NCBI GenBank assembly: GCA_965204815.1
Contig: OZ242014.1
Span: 485,654-549,653 of the forward strand
Direction: 5' to 3'
Source: Dehalococcoidia bacterium
GTDB lineage: Bacteria > Chloroflexota > Dehalococcoidia > Lucifugimonadales > CATOSD01
DNA: 64,000 bases
The number at the start of each line of letters is the position of its first letter. Position 1 is the stretch's first letter. The translations under genes and the position numbers were made by a program. Below, in pieces: positions 47,695 to 57,547 of this stretch. Under the pieces are notes generated by a model, which was not told where the DNA came from, ran no database searches, and saw nothing but the letters and a program-made list of their open reading frames with translations.

Positions 47695-48408
47695 CTACAG
47701 GAATGACATTGGTGACGCGGCGTGCGCCACCAGCCTGTCGAACAGCCTGTCGAAGTGCGGCGGAATCTCCTTCCGCCGCTCCGGGTGGAACTGCACCGCC
47801 AGCACCCAGGAGTGGGTCGGGCTCTCCAGGGCCTCCACGTAGCCGTCTTCCAGCGAATAGGCAGACGCCAGCAGTCCCGGCGCTTTCTGCGCCTCCCTCA
47901 CGGCTTGGTGGTGGATGCTATTGACGCGCACGAAGCCGCCGGAACCGACCACCGACGCGAGCAGGCTGCCGGGCGTGATGAAGATGCGGTGGTAGTCGGA
48001 AACGTGATTCTCGCCGTCCACGGTGCCGCTGTGGTCTTCGATGTGCTGGAGCAGCTCGCCGCCCATCACGACGTTCAGCGCCTGCATCCCCCGGCATATG
48101 CCCAGCGTGGGCAGGTCGGCCTCGAGCGCGGCCTCCAGCACGGGCAGCTCCACGTCGTCGCGCGCCTCGTTCAGGGTCAGCTCGACGCCGGGCTGCGGCT
48201 CGTGTCCGTACCAGCGCGGGTGAATGTCCTCGCCGCCGCAGACCAGCAGCCCGTCCATGCGCGCTGCCGTGTCCCCGGGGGAGAGGTCGTGGCCGGGCAG
48301 AATGAGCCACGGCCTGCCGCCGCTGCGCTCTATCGCCGCCGCGTACTCCCTGGCGTAGCTGGTGTTGTTGATGGTCAGGCCTATGACCGGCCTGTTGTCG
48401 TCAGGCAT
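47695..48408 (-). CDS. gamma-glutamyl-GABA hydrolase family (peptidase C26)
   Basis: PVIGLT, GGEDIHP, LGICRGMQ, VNSIHHQA and VQFHPE. Confidence 0.88.
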   Translation of the reverse strand: MPDDNRPVIGLTINNTSYAREYAAAIERSGGRPWLILPGHDLSPGDTAARMDGLLVCGGEDIHPRWYGHEPQPGVELTLNEARDDVELPVLEAALEADLPTLGICRGMQALNVVMGGELLQHIEDHSGTVDGENHVSDYHRIFITPGSLLASVVGSGGFVRVNSIHHQAVREAQKAPGLLASAYSLEDGYVEALESPTHSWVLAVQFHPERRKEIPPHFDRLFDRLVAHAASPMSFL

Positions 48409-48422
48409 CCGAATCTGCGTCC

Positions 48423-49202
48423 CTAGTGGTAGCGCGGCTCGCGGCGCTCGCGGAACGCGACCAGCGCCTCCTTGTGGGATGGGGTAGCCTGGGACTGGCG
48501 GAATATCTCGGACTCTATGTTCCGCACCATCTCGACGTCCCGCTCCATGTAGTGGTCGTGGATCAGCCGCTTGGTCTGCGAGAGCTGCCACTCGGGGTTG
48601 GACGCGATCTCCTGGGCCAGCCCCACGGCCTCATCCAGCATCGCCTCCGCCGGGTACACGTGGTTGACGAGGCCGATGGTCTTGGCTTCCTGCGCTTCGA
48701 TGAACTTGCCGGTGAGCATCAGCTCCATCGTCTGGCCGAGCCCCACCAGGTACACCAGGTAGTGCGTGCTCGCGTACTCAGGCGTCAGGCCGATGCGCAC
48801 GAACCGGAACGACATGCGCGCGCCCTCGGCGGCGACGCGAACGTCGCAGGGCAGCGTGGTGGTGATGCCCATGCCCACGGCGACGCCGTTGATGGCGCAC
48901 ACGATGGGCTTGGATCGGCGCACCAGCGCGAGCCAGTCCTCGCCTATTGGCGATGGCCTGTCGCGCCGCCCGCCCTCGCGCACCGTCTGCTCGAAACTGC
49001 CGATGTCGGCGCCGGAGGAGTAGCCGCGTCCGGCGCCGGTTATCACCATGGCGCCGATCTCCGGGTCCTCGTTCCACGCCGACATCTGCTCGCCCATCTC
49101 GCGCGTCATCGTCGACGACATGGGATTGAGCTTCTGGGGCTGGTTCATCGTGATGATCCCTACCCTGCCCTTTACCTCTGTCAGTATCTGCTCGTAGCTC
49201 AT
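48423..49202 (-). CDS. enoyl-CoA hydratase/isomerase
   Basis: YSSGADI, KPIVCAINGVAVGMG and FVRIGLTPE. Confidence 0.9.
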   Translation of the reverse strand: MSYEQILTEVKGRVGIITMNQPQKLNPMSSTMTREMGEQMSAWNEDPEIGAMVITGAGRGYSSGADIGSFEQTVREGGRRDRPSPIGEDWLALVRRSKPIVCAINGVAVGMGITTTLPCDVRVAAEGARMSFRFVRIGLTPEYASTHYLVYLVGLGQTMELMLTGKFIEAQEAKTIGLVNHVYPAEAMLDEAVGLAQEIASNPEWQLSQTKRLIHDHYMERDVEMVRNIESEIFRQSQATPSHKEALVAFRERREPRYH

Positions 49203-49212
49203 TGGTCACCCC

Positions 49213-49932
49213 CTACGGTATCTCCATTCTGCGAAGCCTCAGCGCGGTGAGCAGGAAGAAGACGACCGTTACCAGCGCGGCGCCCACCAGCGCCGCCTCG
49301 AACTCGATGGCCCGCTCGCCCAGCATCTCCAGCTCGTCCTTGTCCAGGGCGTGGGCGACGGCCCGTGTGTATGCGCCAATACTCAGGTAGCGTATTCCCT
49401 CCAGGAAGCCCGCCAGCAGGCTCTCCCAGAGGAAGACGTACACCAGCGCGAAGCCCAGCGCGCGGCTCGTTATCGCGCCCGCCCAGGTGAAGACGGCGGA
49501 GTAGGCGATTGTGCCGCACAGGATGCCCGCGCAGACGGACAGGGCGGGCCGGACGTCGCCCTCGAAGGCGATCAGCATCGCCGCCAGCGTTCCCACCAGC
49601 AGCGGGGGCGCAGCGAGAGCGACCGACGCCAGCAGTTTCGGTAGCGCGATGCGCCAGTGCGCCAGCGGCTTCGTCGCGAGCAGCCCCAGCGTCCGGTCCT
49701 CTATCTCGTTGCCGAACGCCGTCGTCGCGAGCGCTATAGTCACGATGGGCAGCACCACGCCTACCATAAGCTGCTCTATCAGAACCTGCACCAACTCGGC
49801 GTCCACCGAGCCGTCGATATTCCAGGCCGCCCACGCCACGATTATCGCGGGCAGCGCGGCCAGGAACGCTATCAGCGCGAGCCTCCACCGGCTCGCCATC
49901 TGGCGCATGGACAGCCGAAACACCGCGCCCAC
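49213..49932 (-). CDS. ABC-2 type permease
   Basis: 6 TM segments; EIEDRTLGLLATKP. Confidence 0.82.
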   Translation of the reverse strand: MGAVFRLSMRQMASRWRLALIAFLAALPAIIVAWAAWNIDGSVDAELVQVLIEQLMVGVVLPIVTIALATTAFGNEIEDRTLGLLATKPLAHWRIALPKLLASVALAAPPLLVGTLAAMLIAFEGDVRPALSVCAGILCGTIAYSAVFTWAGAITSRALGFALVYVFLWESLLAGFLEGIRYLSIGAYTRAVAHALDKDELEMLGERAIEFEAALVGAALVTVVFFLLTALRLRRMEIP

Positions 49933-49933
49933 G

Positions 49934-50866
49934 CTACGCCTCCACCAGGTAGCCGAACACGCTCTCCAGCGAGTCGTCCAGCGGCTCCACACGCGTCAGG
50001 CGGACCTGCTCGCGCTGCGCCAGCCGCGGCGCGGTGCGCTGCAGCTCCGCGACGCTCCTGCTCAGCACCACCAGCGCGCCGCCGGGCTCGAAGGCCACGG
50101 ACTCTACGGCGTCGAGCGCGACCAGCGCGGCGGCCAGCGCGCGCGGCTTGTCGCACTCGATCAGCACCTTGTACGGGCGCTCGTCCAGCTTCTCGCGAAT
50201 CGCGTGAAAGTCTCCCGCCGCCGCGAGCTTGCCGCTCACCATGAGCAGGATGCTGCCGGCGAGCGTCTCCACCTCCTCCAGTATGTGGGACGAAATCAGG
50301 ATGGTGCGCCCCTGCTCGGCAAGGTCGCGCAGCAGGTCGCCAAACTCGATACGCTGGCGCGGGTCTGTGCCGTTCAGCGGCTCGTCCAGCAGCAGCACTT
50401 CGGGGTCGTGCACCAGGGACGCGGCGAGGCGGATGCGCTGCCTCATGCCGCGCGAGTAGCCGCCCACCTTGCGCCCCTGCGCGTCGCCCAGGTTCACCAT
50501 GTCTATCGCCCGGCTCGCCGCGTCGCCCGCGTCCGCCAGCCCGTGCAGCCGCGCCGAGAGCTCCACGAACTCCCGGCCGGTGTAGAACGGGTACAGGGCG
50601 TCGTGCTCCGGCATCACGCCCACGCGGCGGTAGATTTCCGGGTTGGCGCGCACCGGCTCGCCGAACGCGGTAATCTCGCCCTCGGATACGCGCGACAGCC
50701 CGGCCATCATGCGCAGCAGCGTGGTCTTGCCGGCCCCGTTCGGTCCCAGCAGTCCGGTGATTCCGGGGAACACGCCAAAGGACACGTCGCTTATGGCGAC
50801 GACGTTGCCGTACCACTTGGAAACATGGCTCACGGATATGGTGGGGGCGCCCCTGTCCACGGTCAC
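49934..50866 (-). CDS. ABC transporter ATP-binding protein
   Basis: GPNGAGKTT, YSRGMRQR and LLLDEP. Confidence 0.92.
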   Translation of the reverse strand: MTVDRGAPTISVSHVSKWYGNVVAISDVSFGVFPGITGLLGPNGAGKTTLLRMMAGLSRVSEGEITAFGEPVRANPEIYRRVGVMPEHDALYPFYTGREFVELSARLHGLADAGDAASRAIDMVNLGDAQGRKVGGYSRGMRQRIRLAASLVHDPEVLLLDEPLNGTDPRQRIEFGDLLRDLAEQGRTILISSHILEEVETLAGSILLMVSGKLAAAGDFHAIREKLDERPYKVLIECDKPRALAAALVALDAVESVAFEPGGALVVLSRSVAELQRTAPRLAQREQVRLTRVEPLDDSLESVFGYLVEA

Positions 50867-51768
50867 AGCGCCAGCCTCCGGTAGCGTTCCCACAGCAGGG
50901 CCGCGGGCAGCACCACGCTCAGCGCGAACGCGCCCCACACGGCGTAGGACGGCAGCAGAGCTGCGTACTCCGATGCGCTGGATGGGGACTGAACGGACTC
51001 TTTGGCGAAGACCATGTCGTTGATGAATACAGGATAGTCGCTGATCGAGACTAGCGCGAACCACTTCGCCAGGTCCTCCGACGCCTGCGCCGTGGCGATT
51101 CCGGCTATCACGTTCGCCACCAGCACCACCGCGATGACGAACACGGCGGCGTAGGCGCGACGGCCCACGAACGCGGACACGCACAGTGGAAGAGTGGTGG
51201 CGAACATCGCGAGCGCCGCCCCCGCCGCGACGAATCGCGGCACATCGGTCCAGTTGTCACGTATGTATTCCACCTGATCCCCGGCGCCCAGTATAAGCCC
51301 GGCGGACAGTGTCGCCTGCGGCACGAGCAGCATCACGAGGGCGACGCTGAAGAAAGCGAGCCATCTGCCCAGCACGTAGTCCGAGGTGGTGAGCGGGCGC
51401 ACGAGGTACAGGTTTATGACGCCGCTGCGCCTGTCGGAGACGAGCAGCTCCGGCCCGACTATGGCCGTGAAGAGTATGAACACGAGGACGATTGGAGGCG
51501 AATAGAATTCGTCCTGCCCCGGGATGATGTCCCCAAAGCCGTCGGAGCCGCCGAACATGGCCGAGAGCACCGGAAAGAGCAAGGCGGGAATCATCAGCAC
51601 GAGAAACGCGAGGCCGGGGATGATCTTGGCGAACAGCCCTCGCCCGATGCCGAGCGAGGTCCGGACGCCGTTGGTCCACAGCGTCTTGATGGCGCGGACG
51701 CGGCCCTCGCGCTCTCCGTGGTAGCGCTGGTAGCCAATGTCGAAGACCTCGCCCTGGGCCTGGGTCAC
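50863..51768 (-). CDS. ABC-2 type permease
   Basis: Multiple TMs; DRRSGVINLYLVRP. Confidence 0.82.
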   Translation of the reverse strand: MTQAQGEVFDIGYQRYHGEREGRVRAIKTLWTNGVRTSLGIGRGLFAKIIPGLAFLVLMIPALLFPVLSAMFGGSDGFGDIIPGQDEFYSPPIVLVFILFTAIVGPELLVSDRRSGVINLYLVRPLTTSDYVLGRWLAFFSVALVMLLVPQATLSAGLILGAGDQVEYIRDNWTDVPRFVAAGAALAMFATTLPLCVSAFVGRRAYAAVFVIAVVLVANVIAGIATAQASEDLAKWFALVSISDYPVFINDMVFAKESVQSPSSASEYAALLPSYAVWGAFALSVVLPAALLWERYRRLAL

Positions 51769-52667
51769 GTCCGGTCGCCTCGGAAGATGTCAGCGAGCTG
51801 CCGGCGGCGCGGCGCAAGCCTGCGCAGCCGCGCGCCGGTCTCGACGACGGCGTCGCGCACGTCGTCGAACTGCTCGTCGGTGAGGTTTTCGGCAACGATG
51901 CCCGTGCCCATCGGCTGCACCGCCAGGCCGCGCTCGCCCAGGGCCGCCAGCACCTCCTCCTGCTTGTCGTCCACCTCGATGAACAGCATCTGCGTGTCCT
52001 GGGTGAACCCCTTGACCTCGCCCTGCTCCATCAGGGATCCCGCGTCCAGCACCACTATGCGGTCGCAGGTGCGCTCGACGTCGCCCATCAGGTGTGTGGA
52101 CAGCACGATGCTTATGCCGAAGTCGGCGCCGATGCGACGGACGAGATCGAGCATCTCCTCGCGGCCGGCGGGGTCCAGCCCGGCGGTTGGCTCGTCCAGC
52201 AGCGCCAGCACCGGGTCGTGCACCAGCGCCTGCGCAAGCTTGACTCGTTGCTTCATGCCGGTGGAGTACTCGCCTATGGGCCGGTAGCGCTCCTCGTCCA
52301 GGCCCACGTGTCTCAGGGTATCCGCCGCGCGGGTGCGCGCCTCGCCCGGCGGCAGTCCGCTGAGCTGGGCCATGTGGGAGAGGAACTCCGCGCCGGAAAC
52401 GTTATCGGGCAGGCAGTCGTGCTCCGGCATGTAGCCCAGCCGCTCGCGCACCGTAACGTTGTGGTACGGCTCCTCGCCCAGCACGGTCGCCGCGCCCGCC
52501 GTGGGACGCAGCAGGCCCAGGAACAGCTTGATGGCGGTGCTCTTGCCCGCGCCGTTCGCGCCGAGAAGCCCGGTAATGCCCTCCGACACCTCGAAGCTGA
52601 CGCCGTCGAGGGCGACCGTGGCGCCGTAGTGTTTGGTCAAGTTATTGGCTTGCAGTAGCGTCGTCAT
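51765..52667 (-). CDS. ABC transporter ATP-binding protein
   Basis: GANGAGKST, YSTGMKQR and LLDEPTAGLDP. Confidence 0.92.
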   Translation of the reverse strand: MTTLLQANNLTKHYGATVALDGVSFEVSEGITGLLGANGAGKSTAIKLFLGLLRPTAGAATVLGEEPYHNVTVRERLGYMPEHDCLPDNVSGAEFLSHMAQLSGLPPGEARTRAADTLRHVGLDEERYRPIGEYSTGMKQRVKLAQALVHDPVLALLDEPTAGLDPAGREEMLDLVRRIGADFGISIVLSTHLMGDVERTCDRIVVLDAGSLMEQGEVKGFTQDTQMLFIEVDDKQEEVLAALGERGLAVQPMGTGIVAENLTDEQFDDVRDAVVETGARLRRLAPRRRQLADIFRGDRT

Positions 52668-52806
52668 TTGGTGTCAGCGGGGGGAGTATGGGACGTGCTG
52701 TGCCCCTGTGGCAGAACTGGGTTTGTGCGCCGACGGAGAAGGCGTCGATCTTAGGCGACGGCCGCCTACAATTGTAGCACACGGCTCCGGGAGGGGCCTT
52801 GGGTCG

Positions 52807-53244
52807 TCACGCGCCGATTGGGTCTCGCGTCGTAAGTTCTGGGAATAGCGAAAAGTCCCGGTCCCGGGTCAGGAGCGCTTCGGCTCCGTGGGCTACGCAT
52901 ATTGCAGCTATCCTGGCGTCGTGAACGACTCCTCCCATAACTCTGGGACGTCGTATGAACCCTTCCAGTATCTCCGGGAAGTCCTCGGTCTCCCCTATCA
53001 GCCGTAACGATGGAGAGGCTATCCACGCTGAAAGCTGACGCCACGATTGCTCCGGGCTAGTGGCGTTCTCCTTCCAGATGCGCGGATTGGTCACCACGCT
53101 GTGGAACTCGTAGCAGCAGGGCCAGGGAATCGCCCAAGCATCATTGCCTTCCGCCAATTCCCGCACAATCGACGCAGCCGCGTCGTGATGCCTCGATTCG
53201 CGGCGATGTGCGTACACGAGCAAATTCGTGTCGATGGCGATCAT
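52807..53244 (-). CDS. vapC: VapC PIN-domain toxin
   Basis: MIAIDTNLLVYA, EF..VVT.PR, HDARIAA and TRDRDF. Confidence 0.9.
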   Translation of the reverse strand: MIAIDTNLLVYAHRRESRHHDAAASIVRELAEGNDAWAIPWPCCYEFHSVVTNPRIWKENATSPEQSWRQLSAWIASPSLRLIGETEDFPEILEGFIRRPRVMGGVVHDARIAAICVAHGAEALLTRDRDFSLFPELTTRDPIGA

Positions 53245-53489
53245 CGGGTTGCAGGCTCTCCGTAAATGACCTCTCGAAGGTCCTGCCAAGAGAACGCCTC
53301 CAAGGGGTCCTTTCCCCCTGCTTCGCCCACGCTGTGGTCGGGCAACCGATAGCTTCTGCGGGGAGCAGAGCTGGAGAGCACTTGGCGAAGACCGTCTTCA
53401 ACTACGGCACGCAGCGTGCGTCCGGTCCGCCGGGCATGCCGCTTCGCGCGGACTAACAATTCGTCCTGGATTTCAAGCGTGGTCTTCAT
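53241..53489 (-). CDS. vapB: VapB-type (RHH, DUF2191-like) antitoxin
   Basis: MKTTLEIQDELLVRAKRHA..TLRAVVEDGLR; 4-nt overlap with vapC; three CCATAT repeats upstream (53495-53531), a possible operator. Confidence 0.85.
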   Translation of the reverse strand: MKTTLEIQDELLVRAKRHARRTGRTLRAVVEDGLRQVLSSSAPRRSYRLPDHSVGEAGGKDPLEAFSWQDLREVIYGEPATR

Positions 53490-53582
53490 AAGACCCATAT
53501 TAGCCATATCGCTAACAACGGTCAAACCATATTGGAGCTATCCGCTCCAATCTCTTCCGAAATTTTGACTCAATTCAGCATC

Positions 53583-53850
53583 TTGACAGCACCGCGCGCC
53601 TGCTGCTAATATCCCCTTGATTTCCCGTATGCTTTGTCTCATATAAGTACCTGGCGTGGATTGAGATTACATCTCAGTCTATCGACCATGTGGTTGGCTT
53701 GAGGCTTGGATGCGGGGCGGCGACAGTTTGTGATGGCCGCGTCACGGGCATAACGAGCATCGCCACACAACTCTCACACATCATGCCGAGCGAGGTGAGC
53801 TTGACGGCTGTAGTGAGATAAAATCTCACTAGATATGAGACTACATATCA
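53583..53850 (+). promoter_or_regulatory. promoter and three Fur/Zur-like boxes upstream of the Zn SBP
   Basis: TTGACA(53583)-N18-TAATAT; TGAGAT-TAC-ATCTCA 53662-53676; TAGTGAGAT-AAA-ATCTCACTA 53811-53831; TGAGAC-TAC-ATATCA 53836-53850. Confidence 0.7.
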
Positions 53851-53949
53851 AATGACTGGATGCCGCGCCTCTCCTCGCCGGGCTTGGCCCACAGGCGAGG
53901 TGTAGGCGCGCGGCCAGAAAGGGATAGCCTTGGAGGTGTTGAATTGAAG

Positions 53950-56277
53950 ATGTTTAGCAAAGAATGGTTCTGGCGCTCGCTGCTGGCCGTGGTCGCGCTG
54001 TCCGCGCTGATCGCGGTCGCCTGCGGCGGCGGCGACGAACCGGATCCCACGGCGCAGCCCGCCGCCGCGACGGCCCAGCCGGCTCCCGTCTCTCCGACGC
54101 AGCCCGCGGGTGCGCCCGCGCAGCCCGCGACCGCGGCGACGGCGGCTCCCGCGGCGACGGCGGCGCCCCCGGCGGCCCCACCCACGGCAGCCCCCTCGCA
54201 GCCCGCAATGAGCGACGCGCCAAAGGTGCAGGTGGTCACCACCACCAACTTCGCGGCGGATTGGGCGCGAATCGTGGGCGGCGATCGCGTCGAGGTTTTC
54301 AGCCTGTTGCCGGTCGGCGCAGATCCGCACTCCTTCCAGCCCGGCGCGGCCGACGTGGCCAAGCTCGCCAAGGCTGACGTTGTCGTGTCCATTGGGCTCG
54401 GCCTGGAGGGCGGCTGGCTCGAAGAGCTCATCCACAACGCCAGCGCCGAAGATACCATCATGATCGAGCTGGGCCACGAGATCGACCCTATCGAGTTCGC
54501 GGTCACCGGCCACGATGACCACATGGAAGAGGAGGGCGGCGATCTGATGGGCCGTCTGCTCATCGCGGACCGTGACCAGGCATCGATATCGGTGCTCGAC
54601 CTCACGTCCGGGCTTCTGGCTGAGAACAGCCTGCAGGTGGCCGCACCGGGCGCGACGCTCTACTCCAGCCCCAGCGCCCGCTTCGCGTTCGCGCTCGCGC
54701 GCGGACCGGAGGACAACGACGACCGGGTGCACATAATCGACGGCGGCGTCTATCTCGAACCCCACGACGGGCACATGGACCTCGTGACGGGTCCGGTTTC
54801 GCTGCTATCTCTCGGCACCTCGGACGAGAGGCCTATACACACGAGCGTCCACAGCGGCTGGACCGCGATCTACCACGACGGCAGCGGACGCGCGGCGCTG
54901 TTCGAGGAGCACGACCTCGAAGAGGAGCGCGACGACTACGAGCCGGTCTGGTTTGATGCTGGATTGCAGCACGGCGCGGTGGTGGCGCTGGGCGATGACT
55001 ACTTCATGGTGACCTCCAACAACCCGGATTACCCGGCCACCGCCGAGAGCAGCCTGCCGCTCGGAGCCGAGGTGTGGACGTTGGACGGCCAGGTCGTCTA
55101 CGACGCCAGCAACCGCTCGTGCCCCGGGATGCACGGCGAGGCCGCCAATGCCCACGGCGTGCTGCTGGGCTGCGTCGGCGGCGTCCTCTTCATCGAGGGC
55201 CACGACGGCGAGTTCGAGCACGACTTCATCGACAACCATGCCGACATGCACGAGTCCGCCCGCATAGGGAGCGTATGGGGTCACGACGACTCCGAGCACT
55301 TCTTCGGCAGCGCGAGCTACCGGGAGGACGGCGAGAGGAAGTCCGGCGGCCTGTGGATGATCGACCCCGAGGGCGGTTCCATGACGCGCGTGTCGCTGTC
55401 CGATGGTAGCGGGCAGGTTTACGGCACGGCCTTCGACGGCCACGGCGAGGAGTTCTTCGCGCTGACGGCGGACGGCATGATCAACGTCATCAGCACCGAA
55501 TCAGGCGAAGTCGAAGAGACGGTCCAGCTCATGGACCCGTTCGACGGCGACACGTCGCCGTACTTCATCGTAATCGGCGAAGTGCTCTACCTGTCCGACA
55601 GGGCCGGCGGGCGCATCGCCGAGTTCCACATAGCGGAGGGCGAAGTAGAGAACGAGTGGCCCATCGGCGGAAACCCGGGCAGGCTCGCCTTCGTTGGCGT
55701 AGGCGCCGGGGAGGAAGGCGAGGACGGTCACGCGGAGCACGGCCACGGGCCGCTGGACCCGCACTTCTGGTTCGACCCGCTGCGTGTAAAGGTGGCGGTG
55801 GAGGGCCTCGCGGAGGAGTTTGGGCATATCGATCCGGACTCCGCCGACACCTTTATGGCGAACGCGCGCGCATACGGCGCCGAGCTGGACGACGTCCACG
55901 CCTGGGCCCAGCAACAGCTCAGCGTCATACCGGAGGAGCGCAGAGTGCTGGTGACCTCGCACGACAGTTTCAGCTACTTCGCGGTGGTCTACGGCTTCGA
56001 GGTGGTGGGCACGGTGCTGCCCGGCGGAACGACCGAGGTCGACCCGTCGGCGCGCGACGTGGCCGAGCTTATACATACCATCGAGGAGCACGGCGCGGGA
56101 GCGGTGTTCGGCGAGACCACCGTCAGCGAGCGCGTGGCCAGGGCCATATCGCAGGAGGCGGGCGTCGAGTTCGTGGCGCTGCACTCCGGCTCGCTTGGCG
56201 CGGCGGGAAGCGGCGCGGATACCTACCTTGGGATGTTCCGCCAGAACGTCCAGGCCATCGCCGACGCTCTCAAGTAG
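53950..56277 (+). CDS. ZnuA/AztC-type metal SBP lipoprotein with inserted AztD-like beta-propeller
   Basis: Lipobox AVAC. VVTT..DPHSFQP..GLGLEGGW (N-half) and DPHFWFDP..VTSHDSFSYF..FGE (C-half) are split by a ~390-aa His-rich insert. Confidence 0.82.
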   Translation: MFSKEWFWRSLLAVVALSALIAVACGGGDEPDPTAQPAAATAQPAPVSPTQPAGAPAQPATAATAAPAATAAPPAAPPTAAPSQPAMSDAPKVQVVTTTNFAADWARIVGGDRVEVFSLLPVGADPHSFQPGAADVAKLAKADVVVSIGLGLEGGWLEELIHNASAEDTIMIELGHEIDPIEFAVTGHDDHMEEEGGDLMGRLLIADRDQASISVLDLTSGLLAENSLQVAAPGATLYSSPSARFAFALARGPEDNDDRVHIIDGGVYLEPHDGHMDLVTGPVSLLSLGTSDERPIHTSVHSGWTAIYHDGSGRAALFEEHDLEEERDDYEPVWFDAGLQHGAVVALGDDYFMVTSNNPDYPATAESSLPLGAEVWTLDGQVVYDASNRSCPGMHGEAANAHGVLLGCVGGVLFIEGHDGEFEHDFIDNHADMHESARIGSVWGHDDSEHFFGSASYREDGERKSGGLWMIDPEGGSMTRVSLSDGSGQVYGTAFDGHGEEFFALTADGMINVISTESGEVEETVQLMDPFDGDTSPYFIVIGEVLYLSDRAGGRIAEFHIAEGEVENEWPIGGNPGRLAFVGVGAGEEGEDGHAEHGHGPLDPHFWFDPLRVKVAVEGLAEEFGHIDPDSADTFMANARAYGAELDDVHAWAQQQLSVIPEERRVLVTSHDSFSYFAVVYGFEVVGTVLPGGTTEVDPSARDVAELIHTIEEHGAGAVFGETTVSERVARAISQEAGVEFVALHSGSLGAAGSGADTYLGMFRQNVQAIADALK

Positions 56278-56289
56278 ACATCCAAAAGG

Positions 56290-56319
56290 GGCGCGCCCGA
56301 CCACCCGGCCGGGCGCGCC
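56290..56319. terminator. hairpin between convergent genes
   Basis: GGCGCGCCCG...CGGGCGCGCC, with an A-run before and TT after. Confidence 0.6.
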
Positions 56320-56355
56320 TTAGTCTTCTATCCCTCGAGCGTGAGGGCCAATGCA

Positions 56356-56395
56356 GTCCCTTCCCCCTTGATGGGGGAAGGTTAGGATGGGGGTG
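56356..56395 (+). repeat. isolated family-B variant copy
   Basis: GTCCCTTCCCCC-TTGAT-GGGGGAAGG-TTA-GGATGGGGGTGA. Confidence 0.85.
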
Positions 56396-56413
56396 AGTGA
56401 CCCGGAGACGCCC

Positions 56414-56740
56414 CTACTGTAGCGGCGAAAAATCCGTGGGCGCCCACAGCGCGTTGGTGATGCGCGTGGTCAGCGGCCCGTCCACCTCGGACGCGGCCCG
56501 CACCTGCTGCCACTCCGGGTCGTCGCGGAATGACGCCCAGGCGCGCTCACGCTGCCCCTCGTCCTCGAACGCCACGATGTAGATCAGCTTATCGTTCCAG
56601 TCCCCGACGCTGGCCGTCCAGTAGCCCACGTTCTTGATGCCGTGGCGCTCGAAAATCTCCAGCGTGTGGTCGCGGAACCGCGACTGCAGAGCGGCCATCT
56701 TGCCGGGCGCCGCCTCGTATACCCTGAGTTCGTAGATCAT
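56414..56740 (-). CDS. NIPSNAP family protein
   Basis: MIYELRVY..PGK, WASFRDDPEW and PTDFSPLQ. Confidence 0.9.
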   Translation of the reverse strand: MIYELRVYEAAPGKMAALQSRFRDHTLEIFERHGIKNVGYWTASVGDWNDKLIYIVAFEDEGQRERAWASFRDDPEWQQVRAASEVDGPLTTRITNALWAPTDFSPLQ

Positions 56741-56761
56741 CGTATCCTCCTGTCCGTCACT

Positions 56762-57547
56762 CTATTCCCTCGATTTGAGTTGCTCGGTAAGTCCCTGCGC
56801 TATCGACTCGAACACGGCGTCCGGCGCTCCGTTCGAGAACACCAGGTCCACCGGCGTAATCGAGATGCGCTTGTTGCGCACCGCCCACCTGTCCGTGCCC
56901 TCCGCCGGCTGATTGTTGATCGACCGGTTGTGGCGAATCCAGAAGAACTCGCGCCGCCCGTCTCCGCCACGCTCCACGTTCTCCAGGAACGCCTTGGGAC
57001 CCAGCCGCGTTAGCTGCACCATCTCAATCTCGTCCAGGCCGAGAGCGGGCAGGTTCACGTTTAGCAGCAGCGGCAGCGGCATGGGACTGGCCAGCACCGC
57101 CTTTGCCAGCGCGCCGGTGATCCACGCGGCGGCGTCGTAGCGCGGGTTTGTGAGCGACGCGACCGAGACGGCGATGGAGGGGATGTCGCGGAAGTAGCCG
57201 TGGAACGCGCCGCCGACGGTGCCGGAGTTGATGACGTCCAGCCCGAAGTTCGCCCCCTGGTTGATACCGGACACCACCAGGTCGAACGGCTCTTTCACCA
57301 GATGCTCCGTCGCCAGTATCACGCAGTCGCCGGGCGTGCCCTGCACCGAGTAGGCGCTGACGCCTTCGATGGGCGACGTGACCTCGGACATCCGAAGTAT
57401 GGTGCTCAGCGTCATCGCCGCGCTTACGCCGCTCAGGTCGCGGTCCGGCGCGACCACCGTGAGCTCGCCCAGCCCGGCGAGCGCCTCGGCGGCGCTCCAG
57501 AGGCCCTTGGCGTTTATGCCGTCGTCATTCGTTAGCAGTATTCTCAA
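56762..57547 (-). CDS. surE: 5'/3'-nucleotidase SurE
   Basis: RILLTNDDG, VAPDRDLSG, GTPGDCV and VSGINQGAN..SGTVG. Confidence 0.93.
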   Translation of the reverse strand: MRILLTNDDGINAKGLWSAAEALAGLGELTVVAPDRDLSGVSAAMTLSTILRMSEVTSPIEGVSAYSVQGTPGDCVILATEHLVKEPFDLVVSGINQGANFGLDVINSGTVGGAFHGYFRDIPSIAVSVASLTNPRYDAAAWITGALAKAVLASPMPLPLLLNVNLPALGLDEIEMVQLTRLGPKAFLENVERGGDGRREFFWIRHNRSINNQPAEGTDRWAVRNKRISITPVDLVFSNGAPDAVFESIAQGLTEQLKSRE

